Virus record (IMG/VR): IMGVR_UViG_3300042351_001072
Length of the DNA stretch: 64,000 nucleotides
Source of the DNA: an uncultured virus (IMG/VR IMGVR_UViG_3300042351_001072)
Taxonomy: Duplodnaviria; Heunggongvirae; Uroviricota; Caudoviricetes
Direction: 5' to 3' (one strand)
Positions within the stretch are counted from its first letter, which is position 1. Each line of letters starts with the position of its first letter. The notes beneath the pieces are model-generated. The model saw only the letters and a list, made by a program, of their open reading frames with translations, was not told the origin of the DNA and did not search any database. The position numbers were made by a program, and so were the translations under genes. This document shows, in pieces, positions 39,771 through 49,120 of the stretch.

Positions 39771-40126
39771 TACTTTCTTTTTTTTAAACAATTATCCACA
39801 TAGTAATTTCTTATCTCATCACCATATTTAGAGTTTACATATTTAACCATATCATCGTATATATTAGGCCAATCTTCTCCCATATTACTAAAATAATTAA
39901 AATACATAGAGTCAATAGATCCCCCGATTATATTTTCAAGTAAGTCTTCTTCATCATTATATTGATGACATATTGTATCAGGAGCATAAAAACCTTTACC
40001 CAATCTAGATTCAACTTCATAATCCAACATTTCTATTCTTCTCCTAAGAGAGTTGGATAGTTTTCTTTCTTCTTTTAATAGTCTCTTTAATGAATTATTT
40101 TGACTCTCTGTGATAATAATTTTCAT
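39770..40126 (-). CDS. RR..C..C family protein
   Basis: MKIIITESQ..LLKEE; LRRRI, PDTIC, DNC. Confidence 0.82.
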   Translation of the reverse strand: MKIIITESQNNSLKRLLKEERKLSNSLRRRIEMLDYEVESRLGKGFYAPDTICHQYNDEEDLLENIIGGSIDSMYFNYFSNMGEDWPNIYDDMVKYVNSKYGDEIRNYYVDNCLKKRK

Positions 40127-40183
40127 ATTATATAAATATATGTATAAATAAAAAATCCTCCATGTTAGTGGAGGATCTTTATA

Positions 40184-40276
40184 TTGTCAGGACAGGATTC
40201 GAACCTGTAACGTCTCAAACAAATTATGAGCTCTTGAGGTCAACGTCCCTAGCATCTACCGTTCCGCCACCTGACT
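40184..40276 (-). ncRNA. tRNA-like RNA with non-canonical elongated anticodon region
   Basis: AGTCAGG acceptor, TGGCGGAACGGTAGATGC D-arm, ACAGG-TTCGAAT-CCTGT T-arm; no 5-bp/7-nt anticodon arm. Confidence 0.7.
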
Positions 40277-40293
40277 ATTTTGATTTAAATTTT

Positions 40294-40668
40294 CTACATT
40301 ATATATGGTTGCCACATATTTAGCACCTTTCTTACTCCAACGTTTTCAACTTTTAATATTGTAATATCTCCACTTTCAATTAACATTTCATCTTCATTAC
40401 CACCTTTCCACTTTTTGAATACAGGATTATCTACTCGTATGTGATATAAATATCCTTCTTCACCACCTTTCAGTGCCCTATATTCATTTTTACCAGTCTT
40501 TTCGTTCCAATTCATATGAACAGCAAACGAAGCAGCTCTATGGTTAGATGTTGATAAAAAAAGAGGAAATCTGAAATCTTGTATTAATGTTTTGCTTCCG
40601 TGATAACCTTTAATAAACGTATCTTTTTCTTCGTTTATGAACTCTTCAAATATTTCATTTAATTTCAT
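40294..40668 (-). CDS. Leader-bearing ADP-ribosyltransferase-like protein
   Basis: MKLNEIFEEFINEE (T4 CTS-like); YHGS..FLSTS..AASFA..GYLY..EDE. Confidence 0.55.
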   Translation of the reverse strand: MKLNEIFEEFINEEKDTFIKGYHGSKTLIQDFRFPLFLSTSNHRAASFAVHMNWNEKTGKNEYRALKGGEEGYLYHIRVDNPVFKKWKGGNEDEMLIESGDITILKVENVGVRKVLNMWQPYIM

Positions 40669-40704
40669 AATATTATTTATTATAAATATACTATTTTTAT
40701 TTTG

Positions 40705-40771
40705 TAGTCAGGACAGGATTCGAACCTGCAATCTTCCTTGTTAGGAGCTCTGCCAATTGAGTTACCTGACT
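40705..40771 (-). ncRNA. tRNA-like RNA with truncated anticodon arm (67 nt)
   Basis: Perfect AGTCAGG/CCTGACT acceptor, D-arm, GCAGG-TTCGAAT-CCTGT T-arm; anticodon arm only TCCT-AACA-AGGA. Confidence 0.75.
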
Positions 40772-40777
40772 ATTTTA

Positions 40778-40952
40778 CTATCAGCTCTTCGGCATTCTAC
40801 TCCCCGCAACACGGAATTGTATCTTACTTAGCCCATCGTCAGCGGTATGGGTACCGAAGTTCACTAATAGTTTGAGGTTGAGAACCTCTGTGTTGTAAAG
40901 TAGATTAAATTCTTTCTCTCAACTCCTATTCCTTTCTCAAGGGAACAACACA
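40778..40952 (-). ncRNA. Two adjacent candidate structured RNAs upstream of the tRNA-like gene
   Basis: TGTGTTGT/ACAACACA, TTCC..GAGA..GGAA, GAGGTT/AACCTC; CTATTAG/CTGATAG, CTTCGGTA/TGCCGAAG, CCCAT/ATGGG. Confidence 0.55.
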
Positions 40953-40963
40953 ATATTTTATTC

Positions 40964-41197
40964 TCAAACATTTGGTGTGAAACGTTCTGCCGCCTCCTTG
41001 TAGATAGACATCTGAGTCATCATCAAGTGGGTATAAACATTATCACCAACTATCTCGTGAACCATTTTACATTTCTCTCTAACAACTCCTTCTGTACGGA
41101 CAAAACCTTGTGGTCCATCTTCTTTCATTTCTCTAACCGCTTGAGCCAATTCCAAGTCAGTCATATCAGAGAATACTTTTGTTACTTCGTTTTCCAT
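40964..41197 (-). CDS. Hypothetical protein (host-type promoter)
   Basis: TAGATTTG at 41218-41225. Confidence 0.72.
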   Translation of the reverse strand: MENEVTKVFSDMTDLELAQAVREMKEDGPQGFVRTEGVVREKCKMVHEIVGDNVYTHLMMTQMSIYKEAAERFTPNV

Positions 41198-41265
41198 AGT
41201 TTGTTATTTTGATTTGACAAATCTACAACAAAAATACTCTCAAACAAAATTTATTTTATGTTCAT

Positions 41266-41457
41266 TTATTCACCCTCATGTAATTTCTTATTTTTTTGTT
41301 CAGCCCAAAGGTCAACTAAAAGGAACAATCCCCACCACTTAACATCAACATATTCTTCAATTTTAGTTCCTGTAAATGCTGAAATCAACAATAGTACAAA
41401 AAGGTAAAGAGCAACGATTAAGGGAAGTATTCCTATTATTTTTTTGAAAGTTTTCAT
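41266..41457 (-). CDS. Small membrane protein
   Basis: Two hydrophobic segments. Confidence 0.65.
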   Translation of the reverse strand: MKTFKKIIGILPLIVALYLFVLLLISAFTGTKIEEYVDVKWWGLFLLVDLWAEQKNKKLHEGE

Positions 41458-41551
41458 AATATATATTTTTTAGTTATTTAGTTTAATTCATCAAATATTT
41501 TATAGGTAAAATCTGAATATCTTTTACCGAATGTTGCATATACTAATTATT

Positions 41552-41758
41552 TTAATCTTCTAAATCTAATAACCAAGTCATTTTATCCAACCAAAAACTA
41601 ATAGTTGGAAATGCAATAGTAATTATTGCTAACATCCATCCCCATAGTTGCCATCCTATTTCTGTATCACTTTCATTAGTATATACACCCCAAATACCAA
41701 TACCCATGATTGTATTTGTTACAATGAATGCTAAAATTCTTTTTAATATCTTTTTCAT
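41552..41758 (-). CDS. Small membrane protein
   Basis: Two TM helices. Confidence 0.65.
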   Translation of the reverse strand: MKKILKRILAFIVTNTIMGIGIWGVYTNESDTEIGWQLWGWMLAIITIAFPTISFWLDKMTWLLDLED

Positions 41759-41772
41759 ATTTTTCTATTGTT

Positions 41773-41943
41773 TTAATTTTCAATATGATTGTAAATCAAT
41801 TTCATTACCCAAGCATTTTCAAGTTCATTTATACCACATACATGACACGCTTCTTCTTCAAGATTGTAATACATAACATTACCGTCTTTATCTTTCATGA
41901 AATCCATATTTCTAAGATCTATGATTACGTATTGTCCTTTCAT
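41773..41943 (-). CDS. Small hypothetical protein (56 aa, not in ORF track)
   Basis: MKGQYVIIDLRNMDFMKDKDGNVMYYNLEEEACHVCGMYELENAWVMKLIYNHIEN. Confidence 0.6.
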   Translation of the reverse strand: MKGQYVIIDLRNMDFMKDKDGNVMYYNLEEEACHVCGINELENAWVMKLIYNHIEN

Positions 41944-42220
41944 TCTATTTCTTTTTAAATCGTTTCTCTTGTATCTTCTCTTTTACTAACCCCACGATCA
42001 GTAGTACCAATAAGGTTACGCTTACTATAAGGGTCATCCAATGTATCTCTATTCTATCCATTACCTTTTTTTATTTTTTCTGAATATATTACGTTCGTAT
42101 TCTAAATCCCAAATCCATCTTGTTCTACAAGTCCATACCCACAATCTAACTCTCCACCGATGTCTTAGTTTAACCTTCCATGGAAGTTTCTCCATTTCTT
42201 TGAGTAATCTGTCAACAGTT

Positions 42221-42568
42221 TTAGTTCTCATGTTTCTCTGTGATTTTAATTAACTTAGTTAGACAAGATAATTCAGCCTCTTCGTAGGTGGGGTGAGAAC
42301 TCATCATTAAACCATTCTTCAACAGGTTATAACCCAACTCAAGTTTCTTGTCATCAATGGGTTTAATCACTATGCACAACCCACTCTCTCTAAACCATCT
42401 AAATGCTTGTTGGTATAGTGGTGTATTACATTCACCATCAAAATCCATAGAATCATATAATAACACTTTTTCACCTTTCATATCTTTGTAATAAGCAAAG
42501 CAAGGTTCATCAAATCCAAGTGTTTTGAGTTTCATTGCCAACTCATAGGGTACAAATTCTTTATTCAT
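42221..42568 (-). CDS. Hypothetical phage protein (EFVPYELA..LGFDEPC..PLYQQAFRWFRE family)
   Basis: TATATTTG at 42573-42580 supports start MNKEF. Confidence 0.75.
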   Translation of the reverse strand: MNKEFVPYELAMKLKTLGFDEPCFAYYKDMKGEKVLLYDSMDFDGECNTPLYQQAFRWFRESGLCIVIKPIDDKKLELGYNLLKNGLMMSSHPTYEEAELSCLTKLIKITEKHEN

Positions 42569-42836
42569 ATGACAAATATATTGCAATGTTCTTGTCAATC
42601 CAAATTTTATTTAGTGATTGATGTCTTATCTCGTTTATGGTATCTGGTCTATATGTTGTATCAGGATTCATTATTATGGTCCCAAAGTTGTACACCGTCG
42701 TATCTTTCTTCTGTGTCACCATAATTGGTACCAGTTCCCCGTATTGATCCACCCAATATAAATCTTGTGATACCTTTGGTGAACATCCAATTAGTAGTAA
42801 TACTATTATTATGTAATTACATATAATCTTCATCAT
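42561..42836 (-). CDS. Putative lipoprotein
   Basis: LIGC lipobox. Confidence 0.55.
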   Translation of the reverse strand: MMKIICNYIIIVLLLIGCSPKVSQDLYWVDQYGELVPIMVTQKKDTTVYNFGTIIMNPDTTYRPDTINEIRHQSLNKIWIDKNIAIYLSYE

Positions 42837-42993
42837 CGTTATTATCTATTCTAATATAATTTTCATAATCCTTACAATAACATTCAAAACATCTGTATAT
42901 ATCTTTTTCCGTATCAGAGTTGTTATATGTCAAGATAACAAAAACTTCTTCAGATCCGCAATTCATACATTTGTTTTTTGGTTCTACCATATG

Positions 42994-43359
42994 TTACAAT
43001 GTTTTATTCCAACTTATCAATTCCATTATCTGTCTTGTTAGATGTCCTGCCGTTTTTGTTCCGTCAATACTCCATCCGATAATTAAATGTTCAATCTCAG
43101 AATATAAAATATTTTCTCTTACCAATGTGGGTAAACTATCTTTAGTTTTTTCTAATACTTCATTAGCCTTTTTTAGTGATTCAGGGAATAAAACGTCCTG
43201 ACGGTACTTTGGTATTGACACCACCTCATCGTACCACTGAAACCCATCTAAATCAGTTTCTTTCATTGAAAATAGAAGACTTTGGTACTCCATACCTGTT
43301 TCATAATAATTACTTATAAACCATTGGATCCTTTCATCATATGTTAATTCTTTTTCCAT
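42994..43359 (-). CDS. Hypothetical protein (host-type promoter)
   Basis: TATTTTTG at 43362-43369; start MEKEL. Confidence 0.7.
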   Translation of the reverse strand: MEKELTYDERIQWFISNYYETGMEYQSLLFSMKETDLDGFQWYDEVVSIPKYRQDVLFPESLKKANEVLEKTKDSLPTLVRENILYSEIEHLIIGWSIDGTKTAGHLTRQIMELISWNKTL

Positions 43360-43416
43360 AACAAAAATATACAAAAAATCCCCCATATAATCAATGGGGG
43401 ATGAACCTACTTTACC

Positions 43417-44199
43417 TTATGAATTTTTTTCACATTCCTCTTTCACCTGAATAAAGATATCAGTTAATTCACGTTTCTTATAGTCAAGAATATAATCAGG
43501 AACATTCTTTTTTACCATCATATAAACATCATCATCAAACTTCGTTCTTGCCACCCATATAACATCATCTATTATAGCTTCAATAAACTCACCTGACGTT
43601 CTATAATCACATGGGTACACCTCCTCCAATACCGCTCTAATTAAAAGATCCAATTCATTTATTCTTCTCTTAAACTCATTTGAAAACTTTCTTTCTTCTG
43701 TGACATTTTCTGTGACATTATCTATGACATCTTCTGTGTCATCTTCCATATCTTCATTCTCAATAACATGACAATCTAAAGATATTTTTGGTTTTGTACT
43801 AAAAAATACTGGGTGACCCACATCCCTAACATCAAAGGGAAAAAGCCTTTTAAACTTATCTAACATAATTTGTTTATACCAACTATCTATATGTGAAACA
43901 TTATCATCAAAATAATGTTTTAAATGCACATCAATAATTTTACCACCTGATCTTCCAGTTCTTTCTTCTATAAACAACACTTCTACACCTTCCACATTTT
44001 CAGAATAAATAAAATCCTTAACTAACTTAGCCTGATCGTTAATGTCATCAATATCAATTTCCAATATTTTCGCTAACCTTTTAAATCCACCAACAGTTTT
44101 TGACGCTCGTTGAATACCGTCAGTCTTAATTAGATCAGTTAAACTATCTTTTAATGTTTCTTCATTTAATATTTTTCTTATACGTTCTTTTAGTTTCAT
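43417..44199 (-). CDS. Leader-bearing two-domain polyprotein ending in an RR..C..C unit
   Basis: MKLKERIRKILNEE; N-domain start shared with 44797..45282; VTEE-RKFSNEFKRR..YPCDY..EEC. Confidence 0.8.
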   Translation of the reverse strand: MKLKERIRKILNEETLKDSLTDLIKTDGIQRASKTVGGFKRLAKILEIDIDDINDQAKLVKDFIYSENVEGVEVLFIEERTGRSGGKIIDVHLKHYFDDNVSHIDSWYKQIMLDKFKRLFPFDVRDVGHPVFFSTKPKISLDCHVIENEDMEDDTEDVIDNVTENVTEERKFSNEFKRRINELDLLIRAVLEEVYPCDYRTSGEFIEAIIDDVIWVARTKFDDDVYMMVKKNVPDYILDYKKRELTDIFIQVKEECEKNS

Positions 44200-44807
44200 A
44201 TCGTATTAACCTTAATCATATTATAAAATATATCAGCAATTTCATCAAAACTACTAACATTTTTTGATCTAATTGTGTCCTTTGTTTGTGAGATTAATCT
44301 TTCAAAATGGTTCAATGGAATATCTTTATACATTGATAAAGTTTTTCTATTTGGAACATTTATAAAACCTAACTTAACAAATTCTCTTACTTTTCTATTG
44401 GCGAATTCATCCGCAATAATTTCAATTTTTTTCATTGCAATTGCAGCTTCTTTAACATCTGTTTCATCCAAATAAAATTCATACATCTTTTCATCACCAT
44501 ATTTTTTATATTGGTACTGATGAGCAATCTCATGGAATATTATAAATAAAAAATCAGGTAATTGTTGTTTAAAAATTACCTCATTAAATAAAACACCATT
44601 ATGTACGGCTAACCCTAAAGCCGGATATTTAAACGTCGCAACTTCAATTTTTTTACAGTTTGAATTCTTTATAAATGATTCAATATTATCAATAAAACCT
44701 TCAGTTTCAGGATATGTTTCCATTACTTGTATTAAGAATTGTTCAATACCTTGAGTTTCTTCCTTTAATATTTTTTTTATGGTTTCTTGCAGTATATTAG
44801 TTACCAT
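44196..44807 (-). CDS. Leader-bearing zincin-like (HExxH) protein
   Basis: ILQETIKKILKEET; FHEIAHQ..EIIADEFA. Confidence 0.72.
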   Translation of the reverse strand: MVTNILQETIKKILKEETQGIEQFLIQVMETYPETEGFIDNIESFIKNSNCKKIEVATFKYPALGLAVHNGVLFNEVIFKQQLPDFLFIIFHEIAHQYQYKKYGDEKMYEFYLDETDVKEAAIAMKKIEIIADEFANRKVREFVKLGFINVPNRKTLSMYKDIPLNHFERLISQTKDTIRSKNVSSFDEIADIFYNMIKVNTI

Positions 44808-45282
44808 TATAATACCTCCCTTCTAAATCTATTTCCCTCACCTCAAGACCTGAGTTATCCTCAAACCATCTTTTAAATATAGGAACCCATTTATCATTAA
44901 ATAAATTATTTAAGTCATTTATAACCCAATTACATATAAATAATACATATAAATTATCATAACCATCCCATTCACCAAGATAAGCATATCCTTCTAAATC
45001 ATCTATTTCAAAGTGATATGATCCATATACTCTAACCTCCTCATCATAAAAATCAAATAACTCAGGACCCCAATTATAATCAGGGTAATAGTTTTCAGTA
45101 AGGTATTGATATATAAATCCATTAAGATCTTCTTCATTAAGATTTAGTATCTTTATTAACCTATTCATTCCACCAACGGCCTTTGACGTTTTTTTAATAC
45201 CATCAGTATTGATCATATCAAACAAACTATCTTGTATTGATTCTTCGTTTAATACTTTTCTTATAGATTCTTTTAAATTCAT
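44797..45282 (-). CDS. Leader-bearing hypothetical protein
   Basis: MNLKESIRKVLNEE..TDGIKKTSKAVGG. Confidence 0.8.
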   Translation of the reverse strand: MNLKESIRKVLNEESIQDSLFDMINTDGIKKTSKAVGGMNRLIKILNLNEEDLNGFIYQYLTENYYPDYNWGPELFDFYDEEVRVYGSYHFEIDDLEGYAYLGEWDGYDNLYVLFICNWVINDLNNLFNDKWVPIFKRWFEDNSGLEVREIDLEGRYYNGN

Positions 45283-45284
45283 AT

Positions 45285-45776
45285 TTAGTATTTAAAAATA
45301 TTCACAATTTTAACTTTTTTATCATCAATTATAGTGATTTCATCTTCGTTTGGGTGTAGGGAAAATGTTAATATGGTTTCATGGTAATCAATATTATTAG
45401 TTGGGGTTTTTATTTCTATAACCCATAAATCATCTTTTTGTAATTTTTTGTTTTCTTTTTTTGCATTGTAATATAAATAATCTATCATTTGTTCGTGAAA
45501 ATAATCCAACTCCCCAACAAAATGATGACCAATTTTTTTAGTATTTATATCTGTTTTTGATTTACTATAAACAAGTCTATATAATTTGATTTCAGATTTT
45601 TTACTTATCCTTTTTAATGTTTTTATTTTATCATTTAATAAATCTTCTGGTTCCACCCACGATATCCCTGTGTCTTTTGAAGAAATATTATCTAATAAAT
45701 CTTCATAATTATGATCAAAAACCTTTTTGTTGGTTTCTTCCCTTAATATTCTTTTTATGGATTCTTGTAAGTTCAT
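45285..45776 (-). CDS. Leader-bearing ADP-ribosyltransferase-like protein
   Basis: MNLQESIKRILREET; KLYRLV..IGHHF..PNEDEI. Confidence 0.5.
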   Translation of the reverse strand: MNLQESIKRILREETNKKVFDHNYEDLLDNISSKDTGISWVEPEDLLNDKIKTLKRISKKSEIKLYRLVYSKSKTDINTKKIGHHFVGELDYFHEQMIDYLYYNAKKENKKLQKDDLWVIEIKTPTNNIDYHETILTFSLHPNEDEITIIDDKKVKIVNIFKY

Positions 45777-45779
45777 ATA

Positions 45780-46118
45780 TTAATCTTCCAAATCTTTCAT
45801 TTCAGGATTATTTATATTAACTAACGCATCTTTATGTTGTAAAATATCTTTTTTGGTTAATTTCCTTCCCATTCTTTTTTCAAAACAACTTTTACATAAA
45901 GTTAATTTATCATTACCATGTTTATCCCATATATCATCATTAACCATATACATAGTGTAATCTTTTTCACCACAATCGGCACAAGTAAATCTTTCTTCTT
46001 CAGATTTTAAAAAATCTTCATCATCATCATTATTTTTAGGTGATTTAAACCAATCTAAAAAAGATTCGTCAACCCCCATCATTTCTCTAATTCTTTGTAT
46101 GTTTTCTTGTAAGTTCAT
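45780..46118 (-). CDS. Leader-bearing zinc-finger protein
   Basis: MNLQENIQRIREMMG; CADC..CKSC. Confidence 0.75.
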   Translation of the reverse strand: MNLQENIQRIREMMGVDESFLDWFKSPKNNDDDEDFLKSEEERFTCADCGEKDYTMYMVNDDIWDKHGNDKLTLCKSCFEKRMGRKLTKKDILQHKDALVNINNPEMKDLED

Positions 46119-46143
46119 TTTGATTTAATTACTTTTGTATCTT

Positions 46144-47001
46144 TTATTTAACCCATTTTGAATTTTTTAATTCTGAGATAGGGTAAAATCCGTCGGCATA
46201 TTTGTCGTAACCACTTCCAAAAAATTTACCTCTATCAATTTTGTCTTGCCAATTATTAAATTGTGTGGTATACTTCCATAATTCATCTTTATCTGTCATA
46301 TAACCATTATTTTTAAGATAAGCACCAACCATTCCTCCAGTTCTATCCGCACCGTGAGCACAGTGAATTAATGTATCACCTTGGTTTAAAATGTCACTAG
46401 TTTGTTGTATTGATGAAGTATAACCTTTACCTAATTTAAATCCACTATGAGCATTAATAAAATGGTAAGTACAATCATTTTCCTCACATATTTTTTTTTC
46501 AGTTTCTCCAAGTGTTTTAGAATGGGAACTTATATGTCTAGAATCAGAATCTGTATCTCCGTTCATTCTCACTATATTTTTTATACCATATTTTTTAATT
46601 ACTGAAGGTAATACATCTGCAGTTATTTGAGCTGATCTCCAATTATTTGTCCCTCCAGGTATTTTATGAAATTTAAATTCTTTTAAATCACTAACATCCA
46701 CATCATCCACATACTCTTGTGCCATTTCAGTTTTTTTTGATTCAAACTCTTCTGGTGGTATTTCTTCTTTGTAAGATTCATGTGCTGCCTTTGTAATTGG
46801 ACCATATATTCCGTCAATACCATCTTTACTGTCACCAAATTTCCCAATATAATATCCTTTATTGATTAATTCTTTTTGGATTTCAATTACTTTTGGATCA
46901 TATTTGTAAGAAATATCCATATCAATATCTTTTATCTCAGTTTCTTCTGTGATAAGTCCCATCATTTCTCTAATTCTTTGTATGTTCTCTTGTAAGTTCA
47001 T
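46144..47001 (-). CDS. Leader + peptidoglycan-binding domain + Cys-based (tyrosine/dual-specificity) phosphatase
   Basis: IDGIYGPIT; WRSAQ; IHCAHGADRTG (CX5R). Confidence 0.85.
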   Translation of the reverse strand: MNLQENIQRIREMMGLITEETEIKDIDMDISYKYDPKVIEIQKELINKGYYIGKFGDSKDGIDGIYGPITKAAHESYKEEIPPEEFESKKTEMAQEYVDDVDVSDLKEFKFHKIPGGTNNWRSAQITADVLPSVIKKYGIKNIVRMNGDTDSDSRHISSHSKTLGETEKKICEENDCTYHFINAHSGFKLGKGYTSSIQQTSDILNQGDTLIHCAHGADRTGGMVGAYLKNNGYMTDKDELWKYTTQFNNWQDKIDRGKFFGSGYDKYADGFYPISELKNSKWVK

Positions 47002-47033
47002 AGTAATAAATATATCACTAATTGAAAATCAAC

Positions 47034-47516
47034 CTATACTAATTCCATTTTAAACCATTCAGGGATCTCTCTATTTTTCCACACGGCAATCTTTGATTTT
47101 TCCCCTATGTAATAATTTCTATATGATTCTACCACACTTGGAACTTTGTATTCATCTGGCATTGCTCTTGCAGGTTCGGTGAACCCTTTATCCACAATGT
47201 TTGGTTTGTTTACAATACACCACTCTATTACATCCTGAGACTTATGTCTCTTACCGTAACGATATGTATATTCTTTACATAACTCTAATCCCAAGTCACA
47301 TAGGTATAAATAATTGGATAGAGATTCTCTTGACCATATTGCACATGGATGATTTTTGTGGGATAACTTGTACGGTACTTGGTCGGTTACTTGGTCGGTC
47401 ATATGATGAACACCACACAATAGTTGTGCAGTCTCAAGGATCATCTTAACTACGTGCTTATCACAATGATATTGAGCACACTTTCTTGTGTCTGTATCTA
47501 ATAGAAAAATATTCAT
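47034..47516 (-). CDS. Pyrimidine-dimer DNA glycosylase / DenV-related protein
   Basis: MNIFLLD..DKHVVKMILETAQLL..HKNHPCAIW..EYTYRYGKRH; TATATTTG at 47521-47528. Confidence 0.75.
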   Translation of the reverse strand: MNIFLLDTDTRKCAQYHCDKHVVKMILETAQLLCGVHHMTDQVTDQVPYKLSHKNHPCAIWSRESLSNYLYLCDLGLELCKEYTYRYGKRHKSQDVIEWCIVNKPNIVDKGFTEPARAMPDEYKVPSVVESYRNYYIGEKSKIAVWKNREIPEWFKMELV

Positions 47517-47579
47517 ATAACAAATATACGAATTTAATTTTTACTCACAAAAGTTTTTTAAACTATAATAAGATTACAT

Positions 47580-48281
47580 TCAATTACTTGAAGAATGGTC
47601 CCAATGCCATGGTTCACTTGATAAGGGTTTGAAGTTGAATCTTGACGCATTATCAACTAACCATGTATGAACTTTACTACCTCTCCTACAATGTTTAACG
47701 TCTATTGCACTACCTTTACCATGATTTGATGTGCCAGGTTTTGCGGCTCTATTACCTTTCCCTGATTTATATTTTATCCATGCACACCACTGAGTAAAAC
47801 CTTTACCACAACCTTCTTCTCTACTACCTAAAGGTCTATAACCTTGAGAAACTTTAATTTCAATCTTACCATCAGTTTCATCGTATGCCGTTTTAACCAT
47901 ATCATTATAGTCTTTAGCAGCTAAAGGATTTAATTTGTTTTTTGTTTGATTACCATCAGGATCCAACAAATTAACTAATTGTCCATCAGGTATATTACCG
48001 TTACTACTTTTTTCACTATCTAATTCAATATCATAATATTCATCATCAACACTATCAATACCATTTTCTTTCTCCAATTTATCTTTTTCCTCATCACTCA
48101 AATTCTTAATTTCATCAACATCAGTGGTTCCAAATTTATCCTGAATGAATGATTTAATATCTTGACTAACATTTGAACTTTGTAACATATCAATAGTATC
48201 ATCAATAAAACCTTCATTTAAATTATATAATCCCCTAATTTGTTTTCTTTCGTTTTCAGAAATAAGAAATCTTTTTGACAT
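47580..48281 (-). CDS. Leader-bearing M15-family zinc peptidoglycan peptidase (VanY-like)
   Basis: SQGYR, AAKPGTSNHGKGSAID, EPWHW. Confidence 0.85.
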   Translation of the reverse strand: MSKRFLISENERKQIRGLYNLNEGFIDDTIDMLQSSNVSQDIKSFIQDKFGTTDVDEIKNLSDEEKDKLEKENGIDSVDDEYYDIELDSEKSSNGNIPDGQLVNLLDPDGNQTKNKLNPLAAKDYNDMVKTAYDETDGKIEIKVSQGYRPLGSREEGCGKGFTQWCAWIKYKSGKGNRAAKPGTSNHGKGSAIDVKHCRRGSKVHTWLVDNASRFNFKPLSSEPWHWDHSSSN

Positions 48282-48403
48282 AATAGTGTTTTATTATAAA
48301 TATATCATTAATTTTAATTTATGGAAACGTTTTTAATACTTAGTTGGACTGTTATTGTTGTTATGACAACATTTTACCTAATCAAAAAAATTGATGGTAA
48401 TAA

Positions 48404-49120
48404 TTAAAGGACGTTTATTATTTTCCAATTACCATCAAAATCTTCCACAAGACAGGTTGAGTTTTCACAGAAATCACCTGAATTCATATAGTCATTCTCT
48501 ATCTTAGGTTGGTGAATATGCCCACACACCGCAACATCATATCCCTTCTGTTTTGTTAGACCTTTTGCGTTTTCCTCAAAATCAGATACAAAGTTAATTG
48601 CACCTTTTACTGATTGTTTTATTGTATTTGCTAATGAATGATATGGTAATTTAAACCACTTTCTTATTTTGTTGTATATTGTATTAAACTTAATCACAAT
48701 ATCATATGACCATCCACCAATTACCGCCAACCATCTTGCCTCCATTATAACGAAATCTAATACATCCCCGTGAAAACAAAAATACTTTCTATCATCTATC
48801 CCTGTATGTATATACTTCCTTACAATCCTAATGTTGTTTAATTTAAATGGAATGAAATCTTTTAAAAAGTCATCATGGTTTCCCCTTATATAAATTACCT
48901 TTGTATTCTTCTCAGACATCTTCATGAACTTTCTGAATATCTTGGTACAATCCTTTGTCCATTTACCATTACCTTTGAGAGCCCAACCATCTATTATATC
49001 ACCGTTCAATATTAGTTTTTCGGTTGTGTTATTATCCAAGAAACTTATTATCTTATCTGTCTGTGATTGTCTTGATCCTAAGTGTAAATCACTCATGATT
49101 ATCGTTTTCCAATTATTCAT
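48404..49120 (-). CDS. lpxH: LpxH-like metallophosphoesterase (UDP-2,3-diacylglucosamine hydrolase family)
   Basis: SDLHLG, GDIID, GNHD, HGD, GHIH, NSGD. Confidence 0.8.
   Translation of the reverse strand: MNNWKTIIMSDLHLGSRQSQTDKIISFLDNNTTEKLILNGDIIDGWALKGNGKWTKDCTKIFRKFMKMSEKNTKVIYIRGNHDDFLKDFIPFKLNNIRIVRKYIHTGIDDRKYFCFHGDVLDFVIMEARWLAVIGGWSYDIVIKFNTIYNKIRKWFKLPYHSLANTIKQSVKGAINFVSDFEENAKGLTKQKGYDVAVCGHIHQPKIENDYMNSGDFCENSTCLVEDFDGNWKIINVL

Larger units (their letters stand above)
15040..43402 (-). repeat. Dispersed family of related hairpin terminators AAA(C/T)CCC(C)AC-loop-GTGGGGTTTTTT, about 18 copies
   Basis: Copies at ~15040, 17530, 18205, 20547, 22051, 22393, 24595, 25029, 25796, 26196, 26957, 28539, 29152, 30185, 33985, 34617, 40150, 43374; the longer U-tract is on the minus strand. 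Confidence 0.85.

Noticed and set aside
40184..40771. Canonical tRNA assignment (e.g. Leu or Val)
   Set aside because: No 5-bp stem with 7-nt loop can be formed, so no anticodon can be assigned
40778..40870. Hammerhead or theta ribozyme
   Set aside because: CTGACGA is present but there is no matching GAAA core; theta ribozymes lie 3' of tRNAs whereas this lies 5'
15040..43402. CCCCAC..GTGGGG repeats as a CRISPR array or attC sites
   Set aside because: Separated by whole genes, variable loops, U-tract typical of terminators; no cas or integrase gene and no attC core-site pattern seen
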